This document shows, piece by piece, positions 19,854 through 28,766 of a stretch of DNA of 32,000 nt. This DNA comes from Acholeplasma laidlawii PG-8A. GTDB taxonomy: Bacteria > Bacillota_I > Bacilli_A > Acholeplasmatales > Acholeplasmataceae. The translations under genes and the position numbers were made by a program. Position 1 is the first letter of the stretch. Each line of letters opens with the position of its first letter. Where the stretch lies: positions 390,001 to 422,000 of the forward strand of contig NC_010163.1 of NCBI RefSeq assembly GCF_000018785.1, in the 5' to 3' direction. Under the pieces are notes generated by a model, which made no database searches, was not told where the DNA came from, and was given only the letters and a program-made list of their open reading frames with translations.

Positions 19854-20803
19854 CATTAATCGTACAGCTTACTTTAGTGAGTTTAGTGCCACTTTTAATT
19901 GTTGCACTAGGTGGACTCATGTCAGAAAAAAGTGGTGTTACAAACATCGCGCTAGAAGGTTTAATGTTACTTGGAGCATTTGTCGGAGTCTGGGTTATAC
20001 GTGATCTTCAAAATGCTACAAATCCACTACCTATGCAACTCATTTATCTAATTGGTATTATTGTGGGTGGTCTCGTAGGTGGTTTATTTGCGATGACGCA
20101 TGCGATTGCATCAATTAAATTTAATGCAGACCAAACAATTTCAGCAACAGCAATTAACTTATTTGCACCCGCTTTTGCAATCTATACAGCACGTAGTCTT
20201 CAAGGTGCTCAACAAATTCGTTTCTCTGCAGCATTTAGAATTGATAAGGTACCATTTTTAGGGGATATTCCTATTATTGGTGAATGGTTCTTCCAAAAAA
20301 CTTATATTAGTTTATTTATTGCAGCTGGTATCTTGGCATTTGTATGGATCTTACTGTACAAAACAAAATCAGGTTTAAGAATTAGAGCTGTTGGTGAAAA
20401 CCCACAAGCAGCAGATGCTCAAGGTATTAACATCTATAAAATTAGATATCTATCTGTATTTGCATCAGGTATCTTAGCTGGTATCGGTGGCGTTATCTTC
20501 GTTGTTACAACCTCTGCATCTTTTGATGCAACTGTTGCAGGTATGGGGTTCTTGGCAATTGCCGTTCTTATTTTTGGTAACTGGCATCCAGGTAGAATCT
20601 TACTTTCAGCAATCGTATTTGGATTCTTTAGAACGATTGCAAGTGCATACTCAGCGATTGGTTTCTTAAGAGATTTAGACTTAGATACAGAAATTTATCA
20701 AATGATACCTTTTGTCATTACATTGATTGTTCTAGCGATAACTTCTAGAAACTCTAGAGCACCTAAAGCAATCGGTCAAATTTATGAAATGGGTAAACGA
20801 TAG
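19850..20803 (+). CDS. Nucleoside ABC transporter permease (NupQ-like)
   Basis: SEKSGVTNIALEGLMLLGAF, LRIRAVGENPQAADAQGINIYKIRYLSVF. 4-nt overlap with the preceding permease. Confidence 0.93.
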   Translation: MTLIVQLTLVSLVPLLIVALGGLMSEKSGVTNIALEGLMLLGAFVGVWVIRDLQNATNPLPMQLIYLIGIIVGGLVGGLFAMTHAIASIKFNADQTISATAINLFAPAFAIYTARSLQGAQQIRFSAAFRIDKVPFLGDIPIIGEWFFQKTYISLFIAAGILAFVWILLYKTKSGLRIRAVGENPQAADAQGINIYKIRYLSVFASGILAGIGGVIFVVTTSASFDATVAGMGFLAIAVLIFGNWHPGRILLSAIVFGFFRTIASAYSAIGFLRDLDLDTEIYQMIPFVITLIVLAITSRNSRAPKAIGQIYEMGKR

Positions 20804-20815
20804 TTTATAAAACTC

Positions 20816-20850
20816 GCGTATAACTTGTCTTATTTAGATGAGTTATACGC
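20816..20850 (+). terminator. Stem-loop/possible terminator at end of transporter operon
   Basis: GCGTATAACTTGTC-ttattta-GATGAGTTATACGC: 14-bp stem including G-U pairs. Weak U-tract. Confidence 0.55.
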
Positions 20851-20909
20851 ATTATTTATATAGGCCCAAAGGTACATGGATTTGATAGCATTTACATTGG
20901 TTTTCATAG

Positions 20910-20937
20910 TTGACTTATCCTTCAAACTACTTAAAAT
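20910..20937 (+). promoter_or_regulatory. Putative promoter TTGACT-N16-TAAAAT for the deoxynucleoside kinase gene
   Basis: Hexamers read directly upstream of the kinase start. Confidence 0.5.
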
Positions 20938-20960
20938 AGTAAGTGAAGGAAGTGATGTAT

Positions 20961-21614
20961 ATGTTAATAGTTATTGGTGGCATGATTGGTTTAGGAAAAA
21001 CCTCAGTTGGGGAAGCACTGGCCGAAGAATTTAATGGAAAAATGTATTATGAAAGCGTAGATGATAATCCCATTCTACCTCTTTATTACACTGCAACAGA
21101 AGAAGAAACTCAAAAGAAACGTTATCCTTTTTTATTACAACTTTGGTTTTTGAATTCTAGATTTAAAGCACTTAAAGATGCAGCAAATCACGCTACAGAA
21201 GGTTTTTCAATTGTAGATAGATCCATTTATGAAGATTGGTATTTTGCAAAGATAAACCATGATCTAGAAAGAATGAATGACTTAGAGTTTTCTATCTACA
21301 AGGAATTACTAGATAATATGATGGAAGAAATCCAAGGGTTACCTAAAAAAGCTCCAGATTTGATGATCTATTTAAAAGGGTCTTTTCAATCAGTCATTGA
21401 TAGAATCCAAAATAGAGGTCGTGCATTTGAATTAGATGAAGGTCTAAAAAGTTATTATGAACTTCTTTGGAAAGGTTATGATGCTTGGTTAGAACATCAC
21501 TATAGACATAGTAAAGTATATATTCTAGATACAGATAAATATAATGTAGTACATAATTTAGAACATCGTCAGATTGTATTTAATGAGATTAGAAGTATCT
21601 TAGACATCAAATAA
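20961..21614 (+). CDS. Deoxynucleoside kinase (dAK/dGK family)
   Basis: IVIGGMIGLGKTSVGEALAEEF (P-loop), VDRSIYEDWYFA and IQNRGRAFE motifs. In-frame GTG 20943 and ATG 20955 are alternative starts. Confidence 0.9.
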   Translation: MLIVIGGMIGLGKTSVGEALAEEFNGKMYYESVDDNPILPLYYTATEEETQKKRYPFLLQLWFLNSRFKALKDAANHATEGFSIVDRSIYEDWYFAKINHDLERMNDLEFSIYKELLDNMMEEIQGLPKKAPDLMIYLKGSFQSVIDRIQNRGRAFELDEGLKSYYELLWKGYDAWLEHHYRHSKVYILDTDKYNVVHNLEHRQIVFNEIRSILDIK

Positions 21615-21622
21615 AACATATA

Positions 21623-21674
21623 ACAGAGGTAACTAGTTCATGTTCAACCATGAAGTAGGTATCGCTGTTTTTTT
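21623..21674 (+). terminator. Intrinsic terminator after the deoxynucleoside kinase gene
   Basis: ACAGAGGTAACTAGTTCATG-ttcaac-CATGAAGTAGGTATCGCTGT followed by TTTTTT: 20-nt arms with 3 mismatches. Confidence 0.75.
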
Positions 21675-21703
21675 ATACAAAAATACATGATAAAATAAAT
21701 TAT

Positions 21704-21740
21704 ACCAATAAAACATGGACTTAGATTGTATATTAAGTGC
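21704..21740 (+). promoter_or_regulatory. Promoter of the sigma factor operon, shared with the copy at 23337-23373
   Basis: ACCAATAAAA-N12-TTGTATATTAAGTGC, identical blocks and identical spacing to 23337-23373. Confidence 0.75.
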
Positions 21741-21750
21741 GAGGAGAGTT

Positions 21751-22263
21751 ATGGATCAAATACATGAGATCATAGAAGAGTTAAGGCAAAAAGACTATAA
21801 ATCATTTGATACATTCTACAACTTGACAAAGAATCAGGTTTTTTACGCAATCATAAATATTGTTAAAGATAAAGATCTGGCTCACGATATAATGCAAGAT
21901 ACATATATTAAATTTCTTGAAAAGATTGACCAATATAAGTCAGGTGCCAATCCATACGCATACATCTCAATGATAGGTAGAAATCTAGCGATTAATACTT
22001 ATAATAGGCAAAAAAGATTAATTAAGTCAGATGAGCTATTAGAGTCTATTCCTGCAGATAAAGAAGTAGAAAATGATGAAGATATATTTAAGATCCTGAA
22101 TTTACTAAATGATGATGAGAAAGAAGTTGTAACACTTCACGTCATTAATGATTTAAAATTTAAAGAAATAGCAAAAATTATGGAAAAACCACTAGGTACT
22201 GTCTTATGGATTTACAATAAGGCAATAAAGAAACTAAAGGATAAGGTAGGTGATGTCTTATGA
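21751..22263 (+). CDS. ECF-like RNA polymerase sigma-70 family sigma factor
   Basis: Region 2 (DLAHDIMQDTYIKFLEKIDQYKSGANPYAYISMIGRNLAINTYNRQKR) and region 4 (DDEKEVVTLHVINDLKFKEIAKIMEKPLGTVLWIYNKAIKKLK). The ATG at 21751 follows GAGGAGAG; the 21715 start would lie within the promoter. Confidence 0.9.
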   Translation: MDQIHEIIEELRQKDYKSFDTFYNLTKNQVFYAIINIVKDKDLAHDIMQDTYIKFLEKIDQYKSGANPYAYISMIGRNLAINTYNRQKRLIKSDELLESIPADKEVENDEDIFKILNLLNDDEKEVVTLHVINDLKFKEIAKIMEKPLGTVLWIYNKAIKKLKDKVGDVL

Positions 22264-23312
22264 AGAAAAATGAAGTAATCAATTTAATCAAAACTAAAGC
22301 CCAAGAAGTAGAGATTAAGGATTTAACTTCCAATATCTTAGAACGCGTTAAAAATATTTCTTATGAAGAAGAAGTTAAACCGCTACCTAAGTTTAGATTT
22401 AGACCTAGACTCGCATTTAGTGCATCTTTATTATCCTTGTTTCTAGTATTTATCTTTTCACTATTTATCTACCCTGAAATGACTAATCAAAATGTAGCAC
22501 CACAATTTGAAAATATGGAAAATGTTTTGATGTTTTCATCAATATCAACTTCTACATTATTAGATACATCAAATACATCTGACCTCTCCACTTATCTGTA
22601 TGACTTAAATGGTAGAAATAATAATGAAAATCAAAATAAAATAGATGATGAACTAACAGAACTTACTAAATATTTTGGAGTTATGGAAAAACTTTTTGCA
22701 AGTAAACATAACTTTGAGTTAAAAGTAGATGCAGCTAAAGCTGGATATGGTGAGTCTATGAGATTTAAGACTAAAGATTTCTTAAATGAAGAGACACAGT
22801 ATGAAATGAACTTAAACCAAAATTATGATGAGACATCTCATCAATACAACATTGATGGTGAACTTATTATAGGATCTTTGAACTATCAAGTACGTGGTAA
22901 GAGTTTAGATAAAAGATTAGAAACAAGAACCTCAATTGATGATCAAAACTATATGGATATGAATTATGAATTAATTGATGAAAAACATCACTTTGACTTA
23001 CTTCAAACTAAAGAGGGTATCCTTATAGAGGATGTTACACTAATCATTGAAGAAATAGATAATAAAAGAATTGTTGAATTATATATTAATAAAGATCAAG
23101 GTATATTAAGTTATACATTTGAAATGTCCATAGAATCCAATAATCGTGTATTAAAGGTAAATTATTTACTCGGTGATGAATCACTTGAAAGCGGAGAACT
23201 ATTAATTAGAATCAGACAAAATCAAGGCGAAAATATTTATTCAGTACTAGTTAAGCCAGATAATGGTATCCCTTATCAAATTAATAAGGGTAGAAAATCA
23301 CCACAAAAATAA
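22260..23312 (+). CDS. Putative membrane-anchored anti-sigma factor
   Basis: 4-nt overlap with the sigma gene, short N-terminal cytoplasmic region, one TM segment (LAFSASLLSLFLVFIFSLFIY), large extracytoplasmic domain. Confidence 0.65.
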   Translation: MKKNEVINLIKTKAQEVEIKDLTSNILERVKNISYEEEVKPLPKFRFRPRLAFSASLLSLFLVFIFSLFIYPEMTNQNVAPQFENMENVLMFSSISTSTLLDTSNTSDLSTYLYDLNGRNNNENQNKIDDELTELTKYFGVMEKLFASKHNFELKVDAAKAGYGESMRFKTKDFLNEETQYEMNLNQNYDETSHQYNIDGELIIGSLNYQVRGKSLDKRLETRTSIDDQNYMDMNYELIDEKHHFDLLQTKEGILIEDVTLIIEEIDNKRIVELYINKDQGILSYTFEMSIESNNRVLKVNYLLGDESLESGELLIRIRQNQGENIYSVLVKPDNGIPYQINKGRKSPQK

Positions 23313-23336
23313 AAAAATAAAAAAAATTACAAAATC

Positions 23337-23373
23337 ACCAATAAAATCAATGCCTCGTTTGTATATTAAGTGC
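23337..23373 (+). promoter_or_regulatory. Second copy of the sigma-module promoter, upstream of the RsgI-like domain gene
   Basis: ACCAATAAAA-N12-TTGTATATTAAGTGC, matching 21704-21740, followed by AAAGGAGG. Confidence 0.75.
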
Positions 23374-23389
23374 AAAGGAGGCATTTAGT

Positions 23390-24322
23390 ATGAAAAAAGG
23401 ACTAGCTATACTATTTGTAGTAACATCAATTATCGCGGTATTTGCATTTTTACCAAGAGCAAATGCAACTGATACATATGTGACACTGGATATTAATCCA
23501 AGTGTAGAATTAATCGTAACACCAGGTGATCGAGTTATTTATGCCAATGCATTAAATGAAGACGGTGTTGTATTACTAGCTGATTTAGAGTTAGTTGGTA
23601 AGAAAATTGACGTGGCAGTTACCTTAATCATCGATAAGTCCATTGAATTAGGATTTATTGTTGAGGGTGATGATGAAACTATCGTATCAGTTTCAACCAT
23701 ATCTGAAAATAATAAAATGGGTGAACTCATGAAAGAAAAAATTAAGACACGTATTAATGGTGCCTTAAATGATAAAAAAGTTCATGGTCATGCAGAAGAT
23801 AAACCAGACAACGGTTATCAACCATCATTTATTTTAGAAGCTAGATTACATAATGTATCACCGGGTTACCTATTCTTGGCTAAAAAAGCTGTGTATGTTG
23901 ATGGTGAATTAACACTTGAAGCTGCACTTGAAATGAATGTAAGTGATTTACAAACAATCATTCGAGAGGCTTTTGTAGCACAAAAAGAAGTAATTAGTGA
24001 TGCACGTGAAGTATTCTTAACTGCTAAAGCAGAACTTATCAACACCTACAAACCACAATTTGAAGCGTTTGAAACTCAAATTGCTGACTTAACAGCTCAA
24101 ATTGAAGCTACTGAAGATGAAACTGAAAAAGCAAATTTAGAAGCATCATTAGCTATAGTTGTTGATGATTATGAAACTTTAAGATTAGAATTTAAAACTG
24201 AACTTGAAGTGATTAAAGATGCATTTGTTGAAGAAATCATAAATCTAAAAGACGCACTTAAACTATTTAGATTTGGTTTTAGATTCAAGCATGGATCAAG
24301 CGTAGAATTTAACCGTCCATAA
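23390..24322 (+). CDS. Secreted protein with RsgI-like middle domain and coiled-coil C-terminal half
   Basis: Signal peptide MKKGLAILFVVTSIIAVFAFLPRANA, then TYVTLDINPSVELIVTPGDRVIYANALNEDGVVLLADLELVGKKIDVAVTLIIDKSIELGFI (RsgI-type domain with Asn-Pro), then a charged heptad-like region. Confidence 0.75.
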   Translation: MKKGLAILFVVTSIIAVFAFLPRANATDTYVTLDINPSVELIVTPGDRVIYANALNEDGVVLLADLELVGKKIDVAVTLIIDKSIELGFIVEGDDETIVSVSTISENNKMGELMKEKIKTRINGALNDKKVHGHAEDKPDNGYQPSFILEARLHNVSPGYLFLAKKAVYVDGELTLEAALEMNVSDLQTIIREAFVAQKEVISDAREVFLTAKAELINTYKPQFEAFETQIADLTAQIEATEDETEKANLEASLAIVVDDYETLRLEFKTELEVIKDAFVEEIINLKDALKLFRFGFRFKHGSSVEFNRP

Positions 24323-24376
24323 CTCTCCCTATTTATGGCATGAAACATCTTGCTATCTTCCAACAGGTAGCCAAAT

Positions 24377-24425
24377 AAAAAAGGAAACCAAGTTTTCAAT
24401 CCCCTAACTTGGTTTCCTTTTTTTA
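24377..24425. terminator. Strong, probably bidirectional intrinsic terminator between convergent genes
   Basis: AAAAAAGGAAACCAAGTT - 11-nt loop - AACTTGGTTTCCTTTTTTT. Confidence 0.9.
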
Positions 24426-25880
24426 TATGTGAGATAAATCTTTAAATTTTACAAGTGGATTTCTTGCAGCTTTTGCTTCATCAAGGCGTCTAACCACAGT
24501 ATGGTGTGGCGCATTTTTAATGAATTCAGGTTTTGTAATCGCATCATTTGCAATCGTTTTCATCGTATCAATGAAGTGATCTAGCGTTTCTAAACTTTCC
24601 ACTTCAGTAGGTTCAATCATGAGTGATTGACTAAATGTAAGTGGGAAATATATGGTTGGAGCATGTATACCATAATCAAGAAGGCGCTTTGCAACATCTA
24701 GTGTTTTAATGTCAGTTGACTGATCAATTAAGCCGTCAAAGACAAATTCATGCATTGCGTGTGCCTTAATAGGTAATTTAAATAAGTGTTTTAAGCTTTC
24801 TTTAATATAGTTTGCATTTAACGTAGCAAGTGGACCAATTTTACCTAGATATTCTTCACCAAGCGTTCTAATATATACATATGCTCTTAAATAAACAGAA
24901 GCATTTCCGTAAAAGGCTGATAAAGCACCGATTGTTTCTTTAGGTGTTTCAAAATGATATGTACTACCTTCTTTATAGACGACAGGACCTGGTAAATAAT
25001 CTTTTAAGAAGTCTTTAACACCAACTGGACCTGAACCTGGTCCACCACCACCGTGTGGTGTAGAAAAGGTTTTATGTAAGTTTAAGTGTGTAATATCAAA
25101 GCCCATATCACCAGGACGAGCAATACCTAATAAAGCATTAAGGTTTGCACCATCATAGTAGAGTAATCCACCACAATCATGGATAAGGTCTGCAACTTCT
25201 AAAATATCTTTTTCAAACATACCTACTGTGTTAGGATTTGTTAACATTAAACCAGCAACGGTATCATCTAAAGCTTCCTTTAAGGATTCAACATTAATTG
25301 TACCATCTAAATTAGATTTGACTTCAACAACATCAAATCCAGCAACCGTAGCAGAAGCAGGGTTTGTACCATGTGCAGAATCAGGAACAATGATTTTATT
25401 ACGTTTTAAGTCACCTCTATCATGGTGATACTTCTTGATAATCATTAAGCCTGCAAGTTCACCTTGTGCACCCGCATAAGTATTTAATGAATAAGCATCC
25501 ATACCAGTGATTTTGGATAAGTAACTACCAAGTTCAAAGTAAACTTGTAAGAAACCTTGGGACACATGATTTGGTTGGAGTGGGTGTATTTGTGAAAACC
25601 CAGGTAAAGTAGCAATTTCATCGTTTATTTTAGGATTATACTTCATCGTACATGAACCTAAAGGATAAAACCCAGTTTCAACACCAAAGTTTTTAAGAGA
25701 GACATTGGTATAGTGTCTTACGACATCAAGCTCTGTAACTTCTGGTAACTCGGCTGCGTCACTTCTTAATAACTCTTTTGGTAATTTAACTTGAGGAAAA
25801 CTATCTTTTGGTAAGTTATGGCCAATACGTCCAGGTTTGGAGATTTCAAATATTAATTTGTCATAGTATTTTGCTTTCAT
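24423..25880 (-). CDS. gcvPB: Glycine dehydrogenase (decarboxylating) subunit 2
   Basis: GFYPLGSCTMKYNPKIN, PDSAHGTNPASATVAGF and the PLP-lysine motif NLHKTFSTPHGGGGPGSGPVGV. Confidence 0.97.
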   Translation of the reverse strand: MKAKYYDKLIFEISKPGRIGHNLPKDSFPQVKLPKELLRSDAAELPEVTELDVVRHYTNVSLKNFGVETGFYPLGSCTMKYNPKINDEIATLPGFSQIHPLQPNHVSQGFLQVYFELGSYLSKITGMDAYSLNTYAGAQGELAGLMIIKKYHHDRGDLKRNKIIVPDSAHGTNPASATVAGFDVVEVKSNLDGTINVESLKEALDDTVAGLMLTNPNTVGMFEKDILEVADLIHDCGGLLYYDGANLNALLGIARPGDMGFDITHLNLHKTFSTPHGGGGPGSGPVGVKDFLKDYLPGPVVYKEGSTYHFETPKETIGALSAFYGNASVYLRAYVYIRTLGEEYLGKIGPLATLNANYIKESLKHLFKLPIKAHAMHEFVFDGLIDQSTDIKTLDVAKRLLDYGIHAPTIYFPLTFSQSLMIEPTEVESLETLDHFIDTMKTIANDAITKPEFIKNAPHHTVVRRLDEAKAARNPLVKFKDLSHI

Positions 25881-27190
25881 TTGAAGTCACCAATCAATCT
25901 AACAAAACTATCAATTTCTTGTTTAGTACGTTTTTCTGTTACAGCAAAGGTTAATAAACCATCACCTAGATCAACAGGACCAAGAAACCCGTTTTCAACT
26001 AAATAATCATCTAAGGATTTCGTATTACCTTCATATTTTAAGGTAAACTCATTTAAATGTGGTTGTTTAAATGGGTCTTTAAATGAAGGTAGTTTAAGTA
26101 GTTCATGTTTTAAATAGTGAGCACCATTTAAAGATAAGTGAGCAATATCAATAAAGCCTTGTTTACCTAGGCTTGATAAGTAAATTGCTACACTTAAAGC
26201 CATTAAAGACTGATTTGAACAAATATTAGAGTTTGCTTTTGCACGTCTAATATGTTGTTCACGTGCTTGAAGTGTTAATACAAATGCACGTTTACCATCA
26301 ACATCTGTAGTTACCCCGCAAATTCTACCAGGCATTTTTCTAATGAGTTTCTTAGTGGTTGCTAAATATCCAGCATAAGCGCCACCAAAAGATAAAGGCA
26401 TACCTAAACTTTGAAGATCACCGGTTGCAATATCAACACCATATGCTTGTGGTGTTTTAAGCAACGCTAAACTTTGTGGGTTTTGATTTAAGATGAATAA
26501 TGCATTATTTTCATGTAATAAATCAGCAACACCATCTAGATTTTCGATATGACCGTATTTGTTCGGATTTTGAACAATAAATGCCGCAGCATCTGTGACA
26601 AGATTTTTTAGTTCACTTAAATGCGTAACACCATGTGATTCAGGTACCATCACAAACTCAACATCTCTATAAGTACCATAAGTTTTAATGATTTCTATAG
26701 TTCTAGGATGTAGTGTTTCTGAAAGAAGTACTTTTTTTCTTTTAGTTTCTGCAAGTGCCATAAACATAGCTTCAGCAGTTGCAGTAGGACCATCATACAT
26801 ACTTGCATTTGTAATATCCATACCAGTAATTTCACAAATCATGGATTGAAATTCAAATATATATTGAAGTGTACCTTGACTAACCTCTGGCTGATATGGT
26901 GTATATGATGTCAAAAACTCTTGTCTTGATGTTAAGGACTTGACAATTGAAGGGGTATAAACATCATATGCACCAAAACCTCTAAATATCGTTAGAGATT
27001 TATTTTTACTTGAAAGTTCGATAAGTTCTTTAGTGAGTTCCAAATCAGATAACTGATTTGGAATACCGTAAGGTTTATTGTATTTTAATGATTTAGGTAT
27101 ATGAGATGTTAAATCATCGATACGTTTAATACCGATTGTCTCTAACATATGCTCTATATCATGTTTAGTATGTGGTAGGTATTTATGCAT
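25877..27190 (-). CDS. gcvPA: Glycine dehydrogenase (decarboxylating) subunit 1
   Basis: TPYQPEVSQGTLQYIFEFQSMICEITGMDITNASMYDGPTATAEA motif. 4-nt overlap with gcvPB. Confidence 0.97.
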   Translation of the reverse strand: MHKYLPHTKHDIEHMLETIGIKRIDDLTSHIPKSLKYNKPYGIPNQLSDLELTKELIELSSKNKSLTIFRGFGAYDVYTPSIVKSLTSRQEFLTSYTPYQPEVSQGTLQYIFEFQSMICEITGMDITNASMYDGPTATAEAMFMALAETKRKKVLLSETLHPRTIEIIKTYGTYRDVEFVMVPESHGVTHLSELKNLVTDAAAFIVQNPNKYGHIENLDGVADLLHENNALFILNQNPQSLALLKTPQAYGVDIATGDLQSLGMPLSFGGAYAGYLATTKKLIRKMPGRICGVTTDVDGKRAFVLTLQAREQHIRRAKANSNICSNQSLMALSVAIYLSSLGKQGFIDIAHLSLNGAHYLKHELLKLPSFKDPFKQPHLNEFTLKYEGNTKSLDDYLVENGFLGPVDLGDGLLTFAVTEKRTKQEIDSFVRLIGDFK

Positions 27191-27199
27191 AGATACTAC

Positions 27200-27568
27200 C
27201 TAGAGTGTAGCTTCGTAATCTGTTACATTTAATAATGAATTTGATTCTTCAGGATTTGAAAGTTCAATTTCTACAATAAAGTTTCCGAATGGATCTTCAT
27301 TAATAAGTTGAGGTTCTTGGTCTAGGGCAGTATTTACTGCAAGTACTTTACCAGATAAAGGCATATATAAATCAGATGCACTTTTTACAGATTCTACAGC
27401 TGCAAAAACATCACCTTTTTTAAATGATTGACCTACTGATGGTAAATCAAAGAAAACAATATCACCTAAGTGCATTGCAGCATAAGAAGAAATACCTACT
27501 TTAGCCTTATTACCCTCGATAAATACCCATTCGTGTGTGTCTAAATATAATACGTCGTTTTTGTTCAT
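27200..27568 (-). CDS. gcvH: Glycine cleavage system H protein
   Basis: YLDTHEWV, GDIVFFDLPSVGQSFKKGDVFAAVESVKSASDLYMPLSG lipoyl-lysine motif. Confidence 0.97.
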   Translation of the reverse strand: MNKNDVLYLDTHEWVFIEGNKAKVGISSYAAMHLGDIVFFDLPSVGQSFKKGDVFAAVESVKSASDLYMPLSGKVLAVNTALDQEPQLINEDPFGNFIVEIELSNPEESNSLLNVTDYEATL

Positions 27569-27586
27569 GTTGATGTTCTCCTTTTT

Positions 27587-28663
27587 CTATATTTTATTAT
27601 TTTTATTTATAAATTTTTTATTTCTAACAACCGCTTTAACAAATTTGTTTCTAATTTTTATATCTATGATTGTACCTAATTTAGCATGTTTTGCATCAAT
27701 TAATGCAAACCCTAATGCTATATTCGTAGAAGGCGATAAGTAACCTGTAGTTACATGTCCAATAAGTTGATTGCCTACATAGATTTCATAACCAGATCTA
27801 GCAATATTCTTTTCTAATAACTCAAATCCGACATTTTTTCTTAGTGGATTTTCTTTATACGCTAATAATGCAGATTTACCAATGAAATCATCCTTTTTAA
27901 AATCAACAGCAAACCCTAATCCGGCTTCTATAGGATTTATCGTTTCATTCATTTCGTTACCATATAAGGGCATACCAGCTTCAAAGCGTAGCGTGTCTCT
28001 AGCACCTAAACCAATGGGTTTTACACCTAACTTATATAAGTCATCCCAAATTAAAGAAGCATAGCCATCATAAGTATATATTTCAAAGCCATCTTCACCT
28101 GTATAACCAGATCTGGAAATGAGTAAGGGACCATGTTCATTATGTGTAAACATAAAGTCTGATGAATGTTTTGGTAAATCTTGAAATAATTTACTCAAGA
28201 ATTTAAAACTGTTTGGACCTTGAACTGCAATACAGTTAAACTTATCACTGATATTTCTTAAGTGTATATCAAATGTATGTTTTATTGAAGAAAGATGATT
28301 GAAATCTTTTTCAATATTAGAAGCATTGACTACAAGTAGGATTTGATCAGAACTAAATGGATAAACCATTAAGTCATCAATGATACCTCCATCGTTTTGA
28401 AGGAGTAATCCATATTGGTTTTGAGGTCTTAACTCGGTAGTTGAAGATAACACATAATTTGTATAAGCTAGCGCATCTTTACCTTCAATTAAGATTTGAC
28501 CCATATGAGATACATCGAACATACCAACATCATTTCTAACCTGATGGTGTTCTAAGGCGATTGAAGTGTAATATAGTGGCATATGAAATCCACCAAAATC
28601 TATTAAGTTTGCACCTAAATCGACGTGTTTTTGATATAAACTCGTTGTTTTTAATTTATCCAT
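27587..28663 (-). CDS. gcvT: Aminomethyltransferase (T protein)
   Basis: VDLGANLIDFGGFHMPLYYTS, DVSHMGQI, SRSGYTGEDGFEIY and LGARDTLRFEAGMPLYGNE motifs. Confidence 0.97.
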   Translation of the reverse strand: MDKLKTTSLYQKHVDLGANLIDFGGFHMPLYYTSIALEHHQVRNDVGMFDVSHMGQILIEGKDALAYTNYVLSSTTELRPQNQYGLLLQNDGGIIDDLMVYPFSSDQILLVVNASNIEKDFNHLSSIKHTFDIHLRNISDKFNCIAVQGPNSFKFLSKLFQDLPKHSSDFMFTHNEHGPLLISRSGYTGEDGFEIYTYDGYASLIWDDLYKLGVKPIGLGARDTLRFEAGMPLYGNEMNETINPIEAGLGFAVDFKKDDFIGKSALLAYKENPLRKNVGFELLEKNIARSGYEIYVGNQLIGHVTTGYLSPSTNIALGFALIDAKHAKLGTIIDIKIRNKFVKAVVRNKKFINKNNKI

Positions 28664-28766
28664 AAATAATTACCTTAATCCTTATGTTATGATATATCTA
28701 TTATAAACGATAAGTAAGTTTTTATCGTCGAATCTAAACTTTAAAATGTTAGAATGAATTTATGAG

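Noticed and set aside
20487-20669. Same-strand alternate-frame ORF in the NupQ-like permease gene
   Set aside because: Fully nested in a conserved membrane protein gene; Leu/Gln-rich translation is typical of an off-frame read.
21715-21750. Upstream start for the sigma factor gene (MDLDCILSARR extension)
   Set aside because: This segment coincides with the conserved promoter blocks, and a proper SD (GAGGAG) precedes the ATG at 21751.
25228-25428. + strand ORFs antisense to gcv and gpmI genes (25228-25428, 27537-27743, 27882-28064, 29480-29725, 30953-31156)
   Set aside because: All lie opposite, or mostly opposite, strongly supported genes and have no independent coding evidence.
28664-28766. 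Glycine riboswitch upstream of gcvT
   Set aside because: The gap is only about 103 nt between divergent genes and shows none of the conserved glycine aptamer segments.
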